DNA from: Paragordius varius
Taxonomy: Eukaryota > Animalia > Nematomorpha
Reading direction: 5' to 3'
DNA length: 64,000 nucleotides
NCBI GenBank assembly: GCA_964247055.1
Contig: OZ176054.1
Span: 6,386,001 to 6,450,000 of the forward strand
Shown one piece after another: positions 51,801 to 64,000 of the stretch (position 1 is the stretch's first letter; each line of letters opens with the position of its first letter). The notes beneath the pieces were generated by a model. It saw nothing but the letters and a program-made list of their open reading frames with translations. It did no database searches and was not told the DNA's origin. Position numbers and translations under genes: made by a program.

Positions 51801-54800
51801 AATAATTTTCGTAACAGACCCTTAAACGGTCAAATCAGTCCTAAAGATTTCGAATTCACCTTAAATTAAATTGTTTTTGGAAATTAAAAATTACTAAAAG
51901 AAACTTTTAAAGTTGATATAACACGAAAAAGTTACAAAACACACTATAAAGATATATATCTCAATAATGAGTAGATTATCCAAAAACACATAATTAATTT
52001 TTAAGGTTAATATGTTGTTTTAATGAGTAATTTAAGGCGTAATTTGTGGTGTAAATGGTATAAATGCTAGATTTTTAAATTTATAGATAAAATTTAATTA
52101 TAATACATATTATATATTTTTTAGATGAATACTGGGACAATACATTCGGAAATATCGGCAGCTAACATATTCGAATATGAAAGAAGGTTGGTATATATTA
52201 GATAGAGAGGATGGAGATAAATTAAATTAAACTTTTAATTATGTATCTTAGGCTTTAAGAGAACACTTATTACATTTTATAATGTTTGATAGAAAAATGG
52301 AGCTATTTCAAGGTTTAAGTTTTCAAAGTATATCCGCTTATGGATCGCATGGAGCACTAGCACATTACGGTCCAACCGTAAAAACTAACGCAAATTTATC
52401 TTTCAACAATTTTTATGTCATTGATTCCGGAGGACAATATCTGTAAGTTATTATTAGCAAATGCTAAAACTACCCATATAAATCATTTATTCTATATTCC
52501 CTACATATATTGTTATCATTAACACTCTATTACCTTTTGGGGGTAGTTTTAGATTCCAGAGCGATTTTATTTATATATCTTAAAAATGTATTCAAGGTAT
52601 CAAGCCAAATTCAAAAATATGCTTACTTTAGAATTTTAAGCTCATTTTACAAAAATATTTTTCGAAAATAAAATGTAAAAAAATCCTCATCTCAAACTTT
52701 GCCGCCATTTTTTTCCATATTTATGCAACAGGCAAATAAATGTGTATAATAAAATGTTAAAATTAACTTGATACGATACATTTTACCAGCATAATCTATA
52801 AATATTAAATTTAAATATCAGCTGTTAGTTTCAACGTGTTTTGGAGCTGTGCCAATTTTAGACGATAGAAGTCGTCATAAATCTGTAAAAAATATGGGTA
52901 TTTTAACAAATAAATGGGAACAATGTTTAATTATTAAATTTTAACTAGGATTACTTTTAAAATTGTGGTTTACAAAATTGAACTCTGGGATCTTATAGTA
53001 TACTAATATGTAATCTAGGATAAAAAAGTGAAAAGGTGAATCGAGGACGAAAATTGCAATTTTAATATATATTCTTTCTTAATTTTGATACCCAAACTAG
53101 TGAAAATTAATGGTTTTGAATGTATTCTTCTTTGCCATAATAATTTATGCTAATTAAATAAATTAATATTAAGATATTATTAGCAAACACAGTAGTAATA
53201 AAAAGCTTATGATGCTTTGTTAGTTATAATAATGTTTTGATAGAAATATAAAATATATTTTTAGAGTAAGTGCATGATTAGCAAAGTTTGGACTAATCAA
53301 ATCTATAAGAGTTAATTTAAACATATATGTACGATTAGTAGACACTCACTATTGTTTAATAATTTTAATTTTTGCGACTTGTACCTTTTTACCAATCCCT
53401 ATCTCGGTTTGCCTCATTAGATATACCAAACTGAAATGCTTATTATTGATTACTCTATCTATCTTCATCTAACTTTTATCAACAATATCCTTAATCAATT
53501 GGCATGGGACTAACAAATGATTCAGCGCGTTTATTTAAATATATAAATCCGGGGTAAACATGCGGCCCGCGAGAAATTTTAAATACAAAATGTGATTGTA
53601 AGAAAATTATTTATGTTAAGAATTTTTCTGATAAATGTTTCCAAATTTTAGCAATGAACTAGCAAAAAAGTGTTAAAATAAATAGTTGTATTTACAGGAT
53701 TAGGGCTAAAATCTAATAGTTATTTGTTAATGCCCATATAGATACCAAATGCGGCCCGCGAAGCCATTTATGTTGGACTTGAATGGTCGTCCTTATGTTT
53801 GCGCCTTACACCGCTTTAAGTATCAACAGTTTTTAATAATTAATTGTAAAAAGATAAATCCTTATTAAAAGGCCATACTCTGCTGTTTTTCGATCGATTA
53901 ATTTTACGAGTCGGTTGTAGACCTTCCATTTAAATCAGGGTTACTAAAACAAATGGCACTTCGCAGGCCTCATGACCAAAAAATCTGGTGGGTCGCATTC
54001 GAAAAAAATATGGGCATTAATAAATATTTTTTAGATTAGAAATACGTTGGAGGGTGTAAACATACCTGGACACTCCTAGTTTAAATAATTGTATGTTATA
54101 TATCGATGTCATATTTTTCTTTAAAATATTATAATTCTCTAATGCAACAGGCGAAATAACTAAATTAGTCTACATTTTAGCAGCAAAAATAATTATTTTG
54201 ATTTTAATACACTGGACCTGTCCCAATTTTAATTCTAGAAGTCACTAGAGACAATGTTTGAAATTAAATTCTAAAATAACAAAGAGTAGTTTTAAAATGC
54301 TCTGGGATATAAAACTAGCGCATATTTTTAACACAAAAAAGTGAAAAAATCATAAAGTGTTAAATTTATACTATATTTTTGAAATTTTAATTATGCTACC
54401 AAATAATTTAAAAGATAATGGAAAAAACGTTGGATTACGTATAAACTACTTTTAACCTTTACTCAATTAAATTTGCATGAGTTTAGTGATGGGACTACGG
54501 ATGTTACACGAACACTGTTTTTTGGAGCGCCCACGGAGGAACAAAAATCTTTTTACACAAGCGTTTTAAAGAATATGATTGATTTTTCCAAATCCACTTT
54601 TTACTACGAAACAATTTGTAAGTGCTTTATCATAACAAAATTTTAAACGAAAATGGAAAAACGATTATTATTTTTATTTTTATAATTATTATAAAATACC
54701 TAATATATCAATTTTAGGACTGATTTTATTTTAAAATAAATAGTAACAAATCTTGAAGTATTTGCACGAAGACATCTTTGGAATAGTAAAATGGATACTG

Positions 54801-57800
54801 TGCATTTTTTCGGACACGGAATCGGACAATATCTTGGTGTGCATGAAAGTATATCCAAACATAATTTTTTATTACAATTGTTTAAATTTGTATCTCAATA
54901 TCTATATCACTGTGTGCAAAAAAGAATTTTTTTAACAAAAATTTTTTTTTCGCGAGATAGCTTATGACCAGCGAATTCATTTGCCGCTAAATTTTTTATT
55001 TGTTGACGACGTAGTTTTTGAAATATTGAGGAAATTGATCTGGCAAAAAGTGAAAATTAAGGATAATTAAGGATAATTCAAAAAACAATGATAAAATTTG
55101 AGATATTATAGTTTTATAACATTTAATGAGATATTTCCAATATATAAGTAGCCTTAAATAATATAGTTAGGGTTCATTAAAATCTTAGGTCAAAACATGG
55201 CGTTTTTTTCAACACACTTTAAAGACAAAAATTTTGTTATGAAACTATATTGAAATAATTTATTTAATTATTTACTAGCTAAACTTACTATTAAAATCTT
55301 ATTCATATTTTATTCAGTAAACAAAACTTATATATCAAAATAATACCCAAAAATGGAATATTAAAATCAAGTTTTACAACTGTAGCTCACCACTCCAGTA
55401 AATTTTTAATGCTAACTGTGACTCCATTAATTGATAAAATCATCACAATGATTTCACATTAAACTTTTTGAAATTAAGAATTACAATAAGAAATCTCAGT
55501 TCCGCGGATAGGGTTTGATCTCAACCATAATTCCGATGTCAATATCGTGAACAATAATATTAATATATTTATTAATTTTAATGATTTTTGATTTCAGTAT
55601 ATTTGATTAAATTTCAACCAATTCGACCTTAGTTATTTTACTTGAACTTTCAGGAATAGCTTCAATAAATATCTTAAATTTTTTTTGAAGTTGTAATCAT
55701 GATTTAACCCCGTCCTAAACATACGCTAATTCATTGGCTTAATTTGTTAAAAAAAATTTAAACTTAAGAAATATACCTTTTACAGTTCAAATTTACACCC
55801 TTGAACAATTTAATTTCAATTTAAAAATAAATCATGTGTTTTCGAACTAATTTGACTCATTATTAACACTTGGATACAACACACTCATTTAGGTCCTTCG
55901 ATTCAAATTGGGGTCGTTGGATACCTCAGGCCTGTTTAAAATCAAATACTTTAAAAAGTATAAAAGGAATCGAAACCATGGCAAATTTTTGCACTTATAT
56001 AACATTAATCAACCTAAATATATAAAAAATTTTATTGAAAAATATTTGATATTCCATATTTCAACCTAAAACCTAAAGGTAAAAATTTCGTCAACGTGAC
56101 ATGTGTAAAATGGTAAAATTAAAAAATAATACAAAATAAACCGCTTTTTCTATTTTTACCAATGTTATATGTAATTTATATTAAAAATTAGCTTTAGTTT
56201 TACTCATAAAATTAAATGAAGACGATATTTTGCAAAAATTTTGTAAAATAAAAATGGCGTCGAAGTAGTTTGAGATGGAACGTTTTTTTCAAAACAAAAT
56301 TTTATCAAGATATTTTGGCATATTTATATAATTTATATCAGGATAGAAGCATATATTTAAATTGGGACAGTTTTCTTCAATAGTTTTTTAAAAATATTAA
56401 TTTAAATTTAAATTTAGTCTGGCGTATTTAGACACCCCAATTTGAATCGAAGTGTTAATATGAAAATCTTTATGACATAGTTTATTATTTTTGAAATATT
56501 ATTTTAATTTAACAAAAATTTTATTTTTTAAAAATATAAAAAATTATAGTTGAATTTAATCTTAAAAAACATACATATAATTTATTTGAGGGTGAATTTA
56601 AATTATTTCGACTGTGAAATTGAATTGTGTAAGGGTGAATTTGAATCGTAAATGGTATATTATTATATTTTTTTCATAGCTCCAATTTCACCATCGGAAT
56701 TCGGAAAGGCTCATATAAAGCATGGCTTTATGATATCTATAGGTAATTCCTCTCTTATATATATATATATTTGGTTTTTAATAATAAAAAAATTTCATAA
56801 TCGTTTTGAACAACCAGTTATACAGTAGCGTATGATATAAAACAATGTTAGTCCATAAAAGAATAAAAACATTGTTTTTAAAAAAAACAGAATGGATATG
56901 TGTATATACTAGGGTTGTTTTTTCAAAAAAAACATTTATTTATTCTTTTTTGGACCTATATTTTTTATGCCATACGCTACTGTAATATATGTTAACATAA
57001 GAGAGCATAATTTTTTTTAATAATTAGGAAACAACTAAGTTTTTATTACAGTATCGACTTTAAGTAATATTAAACAAGTTTTGTCCATAAATTAAATAAA
57101 CGAAATTGTAAGATCAGCAAACTTTGTATTCACCATTTGTTAATTTACACCATTTGTTTTTTCACCTGATTGGCCAAAATAATGTGAATTGGCTAACATT
57201 AATGTGTTCATACTGTTTATAACCTTAATAATAATAACATCAATAAAATAAAATAAAATGTAAAAATAAATGATGTACATTTTTTCAGAGCCTGGTTTGT
57301 ATGTGGATGAGAAATTCGGAATTCGACTTGAAAATATCGGCTCTTTTGTGAACAAAACTCAGGTCGGTAGACATGAATAATAGATTTTACCATATAAATC
57401 TTATACAAGCGCTAAATATATCTTTTCCCAGTATACTTTTATTAAGATAACAAATGTCTAAAATATATGAAAAACTTAAACTTAACATATAAATACTTTT
57501 TAGACATTTTGTCATATGTTATCTAATAATATATATATATATATATATATAATTTAAGGATGGTAAGTACCTAAATTATGAAACATTCACTCTAGTCCCG
57601 TTTGAAAGCAAATTAATTAAATACGATATGTTGGATGCTGAACAGGTAACTATATGTTTGTACCACACATTTAATAAAATTACCCCTTAAAAATTATTCG
57701 ACTATTACAAAATTAAATTATATAACAGGATTTACTGCATTCAACAATAAAATGGGTTTCTAATAGTTTCAATCATTTAAAAAATATTGTCAGAATTATA

Positions 57801-58022
57801 TTCGTTAATGATATCAAAATGTTAGAATAGTTAATATTCTAATAAATTAAGTAAATAGTAATAATTATAGAAAAAAAATTATTTTATTTATAGATTGCAT
57901 GGCTGAAACAATTGGATGATAATATTCGAAAACATATTTATAACAAATTGACTGAGCGTGCAAAAAAATACGTAGATCAACGACAAACGCCCAACGCTAG
58001 AAAGTTCACTTGCGAATTATAA
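42854..58022 (+). CDS. XPNPEP: Xaa-Pro aminopeptidase (aminopeptidase P, M24B) with an N-terminal signal peptide, XPNPEP2-like, 21 exons, 668 aa
   Basis: Exons 42854-42893, 42919-43064, 43650-43745, 44031-44094, 44586-44693, 46353-46492, 46838-46946, 47708-47800, 48703-48784, 48855-48939, 49003-49113, 49495-49575, 50183-50233, 52125-52186, 52293-52442, 54487-54617, 54744-54848, 56680-56742, 57289-57362, 57559-57645 and 57894-58022 total 2007 nt. Motifs GDAHE, ISGFTGS, FTDGRY, WLFNLRGGDVPY, DSGGQYLDGTTDVTRT, GHGIG..LGVHE and EPG....FGIRLEN; metal ligands retained. Confidence 0.93.
44733..45262. mobile_element. Second TTAA-type MITE family (CACTTCATTACC / GGTAATGGAGAG ends); related copies about 40300-41005, 50310-50900, 52521-53050 and 54220-54370
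   Basis: Recurrent motifs CCAGAGCG/CGCTCTGG, AAAATGGCGGC and TTTTGGAGCT; TTAA adjacent to several ends; boundaries approximate. Confidence 0.45.
47293..47481. mobile_element. Palindromic Tc1/mariner(pogo)-like MITE (family D), TA TSD; copies at 59824-60013 and 63180-63357
   Basis: CAGTATGAGTAAGTAT...ATACTCATACTG flanked by TA; three copies in the window. Confidence 0.75.
47976..48274. mobile_element. hAT MITE (CAGGGGTGGCC...GGGCACCTCTG)
   Basis: Near-perfect 8-bp TSD TTTTAGAT/TTTTAGAC; GCGGCCC subterminal motifs; end resembles the 31646-33107 element. Confidence 0.75.
55774..56657. mobile_element. Family C element hosting a piggyBac-like MITE
   Basis: TACC...AAATGGTA termini flanked by TA; about 21-bp periodic GTGAATT repeats; interrupted by 55867-56454. 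Confidence 0.65.
55867..56454 (+). mobile_element. piggyBac-like MITE, TTAA TSD
   Basis: TTAA at 55863-55866 and 56455-56458; closely similar to 266-848. Confidence 0.8.
56823..56982. mobile_element. Small CAGTAG-ended MITE with TA TSD
   Basis: TA|CAGTAGCGTATG...CATACGCTACTG|TA. Confidence 0.7.
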
Positions 58023-58076
58023 AATTCGATTGATTCGTTTTTTGTGATCTTAAAATTTAATAAATCCACACTTCTC

Positions 58077-58077
<1 letters not shown>

Positions 58078-58115
<38 letters not shown>
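58078..58115. repeat. (TA)n microsatellite; others near 15985, 20115, 57530 and 63060
   Basis: Direct inspection. Confidence 0.9.
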
Positions 58116-58118
<3 letters not shown>

Positions 58119-59206
58119 CTAAATAAAATACTGGATACCAGTCTTTATTTTATAATATCATGTTATTCACATTTTTAATTCATTTTCGGTAAAGATTTAA
58201 AACATTCTTAGCATTTTATCATATTAATATAACTATAGAGTTTAGAAAGTCTTTTTTTAATTAAAGGATAAGAATTTAAGTATGAGCATTTTAGTAGCTT
58301 TAACACTTGCATGTCCAAGGAAGACCGTGATGATGGAAAAATTGTAGAGTTTCAGGATTCAAATGCTTACCAGACACAGTTTAAAAGTCGGGTCGGGTGC
58401 CCTATTTACTCTTTTATCACGTCTTCAAATTTTATTTTATCGATTATACATATAACACAGTGCGCAAAACATGGGTCCGAAAATTCCTTTATAGTACTTT
58501 TGCTTTTAAAATTTATGGGTGATTTAAGAAAGTTATTACTTTTTTTGTAATTGCCATAGCGAAAATATGAAATTAGTCACATTATTATCAATCATATTTT
58601 TGGTAATAGCTAAACGTTTCAAGCTTTTAAATTTAGGATGTGAGCTCCGAAAGTCTTAATTTAGATCCCACTGAAATAGGTAATTTTTAGAAAATAGACG
58701 CCCAAGTGCCGGGATTGCGCAATAAAAGTTTTTTATACACGCGATATATTGATATCAATAAAAGTCTTTCGGAAAAAGGCCTACTATTCTTAAAAATTTA
58801 AATTTTAACAAAATTTTGTTGAAACGTTTTATGGTATTTTGAAGCATGGTGGATACCGTTAAAACATTTTTGGTATAGTTCTGTGAAATTCGTGGTCCTA
58901 ACGATTTCTATTAATAATTTAATCCAAGATATTTTTCAAAGAATTACGCATCCATTAATTTAGTATATATGTGTTGATTTTCAGATTTTTTAGAATAATG
59001 CAATAACCTTAACTCGAAACATATTTCTTAATTTACTCGTTAGGCTCAAAAAAGTTAATACACTTCTCTATTAAGTTACATTTATTTTATCAGAGTATCT
59101 ACCTGGTGTTCCTAGTAAATTTTAAATTGGGTCTTTAAAAAAATTAATTTCAGCATAAACATTTATTAAATTATTTATGGAGAAAGAAAGATTATGCACT
59201 TAAAAC

Positions 59207-59588
59207 CAGGGGCGTACCGAGGTGGGGGCAAGGGGGGTGCATCATGCCCCGGGCGCCGTTATTTAGGGGAGCCTAAATGATTTTTAAAATTAAAATTTAA
59301 TTATGCAAAAATAATAAGAACTTTCAAATGAGATTTTTCAGCAATAAATCCCTATAATATATACTCTATTATTCACCTAATTAGTACCATTGAATAAATT
59401 TAGTGTCATATAAATATATATAATTTAATAGATTTAAAATTTATATGACTGTGCTGTCTTATCTAAGGTCCGTAGGTTACAACGTTTGTATATTTTTTAC
59501 TGATTCGTTTTATTGGCTTTTAAAAAAAAGGGGGGGGCGCCATAAAAGTTTTATGCCCCGGGCGCCGCAAATTCTTGGTACGCCACTG
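59207..59588. mobile_element. hAT MITE (CAGGGGCGTACC...GGTACGCCACTG) with GC-rich GCCCCGGGCGCC subterminal motifs
   Basis: Perfect 8-bp TSD CTTAAAAC at 59199-59206 and 59589-59596. Confidence 0.85.
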
Positions 59589-61659
59589 CTTAAAACATCA
59601 AAGTTAATATATAATAAAAGGTATTTATTTATGAATTTTTTAATGTGCCTTTTCTTTATTATATCGCATCACTAAAACACACAGCAGTACAACCACAGTA
59701 ATTGGGTGAACATTTTCCCTGGCATTTAGCTGCAATGCATGGGTCTACATAACATGGTACCAAGGAACGGTCCTGCGGGCACTCTACTTAAAAAGTTTTA
59801 TAATAAAACAAATTTGAGAAATAAAGTATGAGTAAGTATACATTGCTAGAAAGTTATTAATTATTGCCAAATAATACAACAAAGGGCGGGATTATTGGTT
59901 AATAATAGCAAAAAGTGAAAAAAATAACTATTAGCCAATAATACTGCCCTTTGTTGTATTTACTATTTGGCAGTAATTAATAACTTTCTAGCAATGTATA
60001 CTTACTCATACTGTTTATATCCTTTTATTCCAGCTCACATCTTTTCGTACATTTTCATAAAACTCTAGTACACGCCTAAATGTTTTTTTATTCAACACTC
60101 GTCTTTTTACCAAAACCTAACAAACAATTCTCCAAACTAAAAAAAATGATAGAATGTTTTGACGTTTAAAAATATTTATTCTAAATCAATTGTTATTTTT
60201 TATTTTATTTTTTAAATCACGCATAAGGGTAGCTTGATCCGTTGAGATAATATTAAAATGCTAAAAAAATGCAACCTCGTCAAAACAAATGAATTATTAC
60301 TACAAACGCAAAATATATGGTGTTGGTATATAAATAGCTTCGTGCCCTTAACATATTGTTTGTTTAAACTGTTAAAGAATCGTTTCATCATATCTTACCA
60401 TTAATATTTGGGATAATTGATAATTCACAGAATGAAAACAGAAGAAGGAATGTTATAAAAAAATATTGTAGGATTTTCATGATATTAACCGAAATGCAGT
60501 CAGTCTAAGGAGATATGTGATATCAAATATTATAAAATATTTTTTACAAATACGCTTATAAATAATTTATTTATAAACGAGATTGTTAAGCGAAAATTGC
60601 CGCAAGTTAAAAAATTTTTACATACAATAATTATAAAATTTGACCATGTATATACCATTGTCATACATAGGTCGTTCTTATATGTACTTGTAAATGAATT
60701 TAAATATATGAAGTTTTTAGTTTCTAAATGCTAATTAAGAGTTTCAATCGAGAGATTTTGTTTATATAAATATAAGGTTTCAAATTTAAGGTCAAAAATG
60801 TTTTTATACTGTTCGTTTTTTGGATTGATAAATCATAAGCCTTTAAAATAAAAATTTAGGAATCACAATAAAAAATATATCTAAGAATACTGATTTAAGC
60901 AATCTATTAATTTTTGTATATTTTTGAATTGAAATGTTAAAACTTTGCAAATCAATAGATTAATATATGATACATCATTTAGTTTGTGTTGTATTAAGCT
61001 AGGACAATAAATAAAACCATTTTTTACAATTATATTAAAAACTATTTCGTAGAATGTGTGTGTGTATATGGGGAGGGGAATTTAAAATCGGAATAAACAA
61101 AACATCAGTTTTTGCATACTAGCTCCTTTTATTAAAAACATGTGATTAACCCGTTGACTTGAGATGGAAAAATAAATAATAAGCGTTTTGAATATGATTA
61201 TAACAATATTTTTAATTTATACTTCAAGTCTAAAAATATGTTTTATTGTAAAAATTGAAGGCAATTTTATGTATTTTATTTATAATATTATTTCATTAAA
61301 TAAATATATCCGAATTTGTTTCTCCAAAGTATCGAACTGTATCGCATATTTTTATCCCAAAATCCTCTAGGTGATATCTCATTAGTATTATTTATCCATT
61401 TAAAATTGGTTTCACACTATTACGGTTATTTATCACACAACTCATTGGAAAAATATAAGGAAAAAAAGATTCAGAAATTAGGCGGCATAATAACTTCTAA
61501 ATTAAACAAAATTTTTCATCTAATAGATAATTTATTATATAGTTAGTAGGAAAAATAAAAATATATATTGTTTATTAAAATCAGAATGAAATGAGCATGC
61601 AAAACTACCTTTTTTAGACTAATATATAAATCAAATAATGTTACGCATAATGGAACCTA

Positions 61660-61990
61660 AATTTCTGCCAATTTTTATGTGGCACCAAACAATAGTCAAA
61701 CTACATTTTCCATTAAGGAATTGATTGAAGAAGTAGGATTGGTGAAACATTTTTAACGCTACATTCAAAGAATACCGAATTTTGGAACAATGAGAGCCAT
61801 TTTCTGTAAATAATAATAACCAAAAACATTTTAAAATACTATCTTACAAATGATTACGTTTTCCCATGCTCACCCATCTTTAACAAGTTATCGATTGACC
61901 GACATATTTGGCGTATTAAAAACCGATCGAACAGAATTAGAAACCTAATACGGTGACACTTCTAGCCCAAACAACAAATGTCATTAGGAT
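61660..61990 (+). mobile_element. Possible decayed APE-type endonuclease remnant
   Basis: FYVAPN...IKELIEE and NKLSID resemble exonuclease-endonuclease-phosphatase motifs, but with in-frame stops. Confidence 0.25.
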
Positions 61991-62769
61991 TGCCGCTTGG
62001 AAGAACCGTTGCTATGGAAAGGACAGGAGGTGGGTGGCAATATCGTTTATTTTTTAATAATAAACTTATATTAATAAATCTGGGTAAATAAAATAACTCA
62101 TTTCCATAATGCCGCAAAAATATTTGAAGTAGTTTGTTTAATTATCGTCCAATAATATTGTAACTCGTAGAATTATGAATTTTCCCCATTATATTGGTGC
62201 GAAGAGACAGGTAAAAAGTTGGTAACATGCTTAAAAAGCCATGAGCGAATAAATACATACTATTTCAATATAAGGGGACAAGAAGAAACCGTATCAAGGA
62301 TCTGTCAACCAAAATTTGTACGCTATATACTTAGTTTTTCTATATATTTATGCCTGGATTTTCGCTTTTAACCGTTCAAAAAGATTACCGGTCTGACCTC
62401 GAAACGAGTACAGTCACATTCATATACTCAAGTAATATCAATCAAATAAATCCAACTATATAATCAATGTGAAGTTTACCAATTAAGAAATAGCTAATGA
62501 TAAAATATAAATAAATTTTTAACAATTTTAAACAAAACCACAAAATCCAAAAATGGCAGCAAATGGTTTGAGATGTTTAAACATAATAATTTTCCTGAAA
62601 AGTCATTGTTATTTTTATTAATTAAATATCATCGATACTTATAAAAAGTATATAAATTTAACTCGTTATTTTTGACGCAAATGAATTGAAATTTATATAT
62701 CTCTTAAAAGTATTGGGTGCCAAAAAAATTTTGTTTTAATCAAAGTTATCAAATTATGGAAATGATTTA

Positions 62770-63057
62770 TTAATATGAATCATTGGAATCGAGATAATGT
62801 TTCCGATTTCGGTAACGATGATTTCGTTTGATATGGAACGAATGTGGCGTTGTATTTTTATCAGTTATGAAGTTAATTTTCATTTTATCCGTATGAAATG
62901 TTATTAAACCAAAGCCTGCTATATCTCTTGCGAATTCACATTTATTTGAACGTTTAACTCCATAAATTTTGGATCCGGAACCAAAGATTACGCAATTTAA
63001 TTGGTCTTCGGTGTAATGCTAAAAAAATTTAAAATTTATATCGTATATTATACAGTA

Positions 63058-63094
<37 letters not shown>

Positions 63095-63567
63095 TTTTAA
63101 TAGAAAAACATTAATATTAGTGAGGGAAACAAAAAAATGAAAAACTTAAGAACAATAACATAGTTCTGCATAAAATCTCAATATGACTAAGTATATATTG
63201 CTAGTTATTGATTATTGCCAAATAGCATATGCAGCAAAGATTTTTTTGGCTAATAATAGTAAAAAGTGAAAAAATAAGCCAATAATACTGCCCTTGTAGT
63301 ATATACTATTTGGCAATAAATATATTAACTTTCTACCAATATACACTTACTCATACTTATTATATTGTATATTAAAAAATTCAATAATTTTAATCATAGA
63401 CAAGTGATATTAATTATTATACTTGCATGTTATGATCATGTCCACTAACATATAAAGACGCATAATCTGAAATTAAATCACGAATTTTTTTGATCTTTGG
63501 AAACGAATTGTATTTCCCGCAACTTTTAAATGGATGATGCCCGCTCACAACTACGTAATCATGATAT
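62770..63567 (-). CDS. ACP5: Tartrate-resistant (purple) acid phosphatase type 5-like, last two exons; the 5' part is not resolved and probably lies beyond the window
   Basis: Exons 63567-63423 and 63018-62770(TAA): YVVVSGHHPFKSCG...LYVSGHDHNMQ|HYTEDQLNCVIFGSGSK...FARDIAGFGLITFHTDKMKINF. VxxGH and GHDHN motifs present; GT-AG and in frame; not in the ORF track. Confidence 0.85.
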
Positions 63568-64000
63568 CTAGTCAATTAAATATAACACTATCACAAATTT
63601 TAAACTCAGCAATTACAGTAATGAAAGCATAAAGAGAAAAATTTATTAAAAGACAAACATATTTTTTTAACCATATTTTTAATCATGAATTTTTATAAAA
63701 TTTAGCTTTTGGGCCTAAAATAAATAATAGTTGGTAACACTATATATATATATATTTAAAATTGTAAAAAGGAAAAAATCAGGTTTAAAAAAGTATGGTA
63801 CCCCACAAACCTATTGAGGAAATGGGCACAAATAAATTAAGATATTTGACCCTGAAAGTACTAACAACCCGCCAAGGATGAATAAATAAAAAACTTCAAA
63901 ATTTGAAAGTTTACTATTTATGTGGAAACTAATTCAGCCTAACCAAATGGCTTCACAGGCCGCATTTTTTGGAAAAACTGGGCAGGGCATTTATAAAAAA

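Noticed and set aside
57140-57408. Two minus-strand ORFs
   Set aside because: Antisense to the aminopeptidase EPG exon and its AT-rich intron.
58311-59675. ORFs at 58311-58550 and 59445-59675
   Set aside because: They run into repeat sequence (the latter is the hAT MITE end), with no motifs or splice support.
59660-59800. VPxGxxLGTML-like RT fragment on the minus strand
   Set aside because: Too short and degenerate to call with confidence.

Overview
AT-rich animal (invertebrate-like) nuclear DNA; the species cannot be identified from sequence alone. Manual splicing supports seven protein-coding genes. On +: the 3' half of an SLC35F transporter, a divergent Sox-type HMG-box factor, coatomer gamma (COPG, 26 exons), a C18orf63/DUF4708 homolog, a small CHCHD7 gene missing from the ORF track, and a signal-peptide-bearing Xaa-Pro aminopeptidase (21 exons). 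On -: the last two exons of an ACP5-like purple acid phosphatase. There is also a weak REC114-like candidate head-to-head with COPG. The rest is dense in decayed LINEs and in non-autonomous DNA transposons (hAT with 8-bp TSDs, TTAA piggyBac-like MITEs, TA-inserting MITEs, and foldback families with 21-bp arrays), often nested. Two observations stand out. (1) Fifteen 21-30 nt GT-AG introns occur only at the 5' ends of four genes, while every other resolved intron is 58 nt or longer and up to about 2 kb: a position-dependent, bimodal intron architecture. (2) A minimal type I hammerhead ribozyme lies in sense orientation inside intron 3 of the Sox-like gene, which also carries AG|GTRAGT recursive-splice-like junctions. 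All gene models are hand-derived, and homology calls are from recalled motifs rather than database searches.
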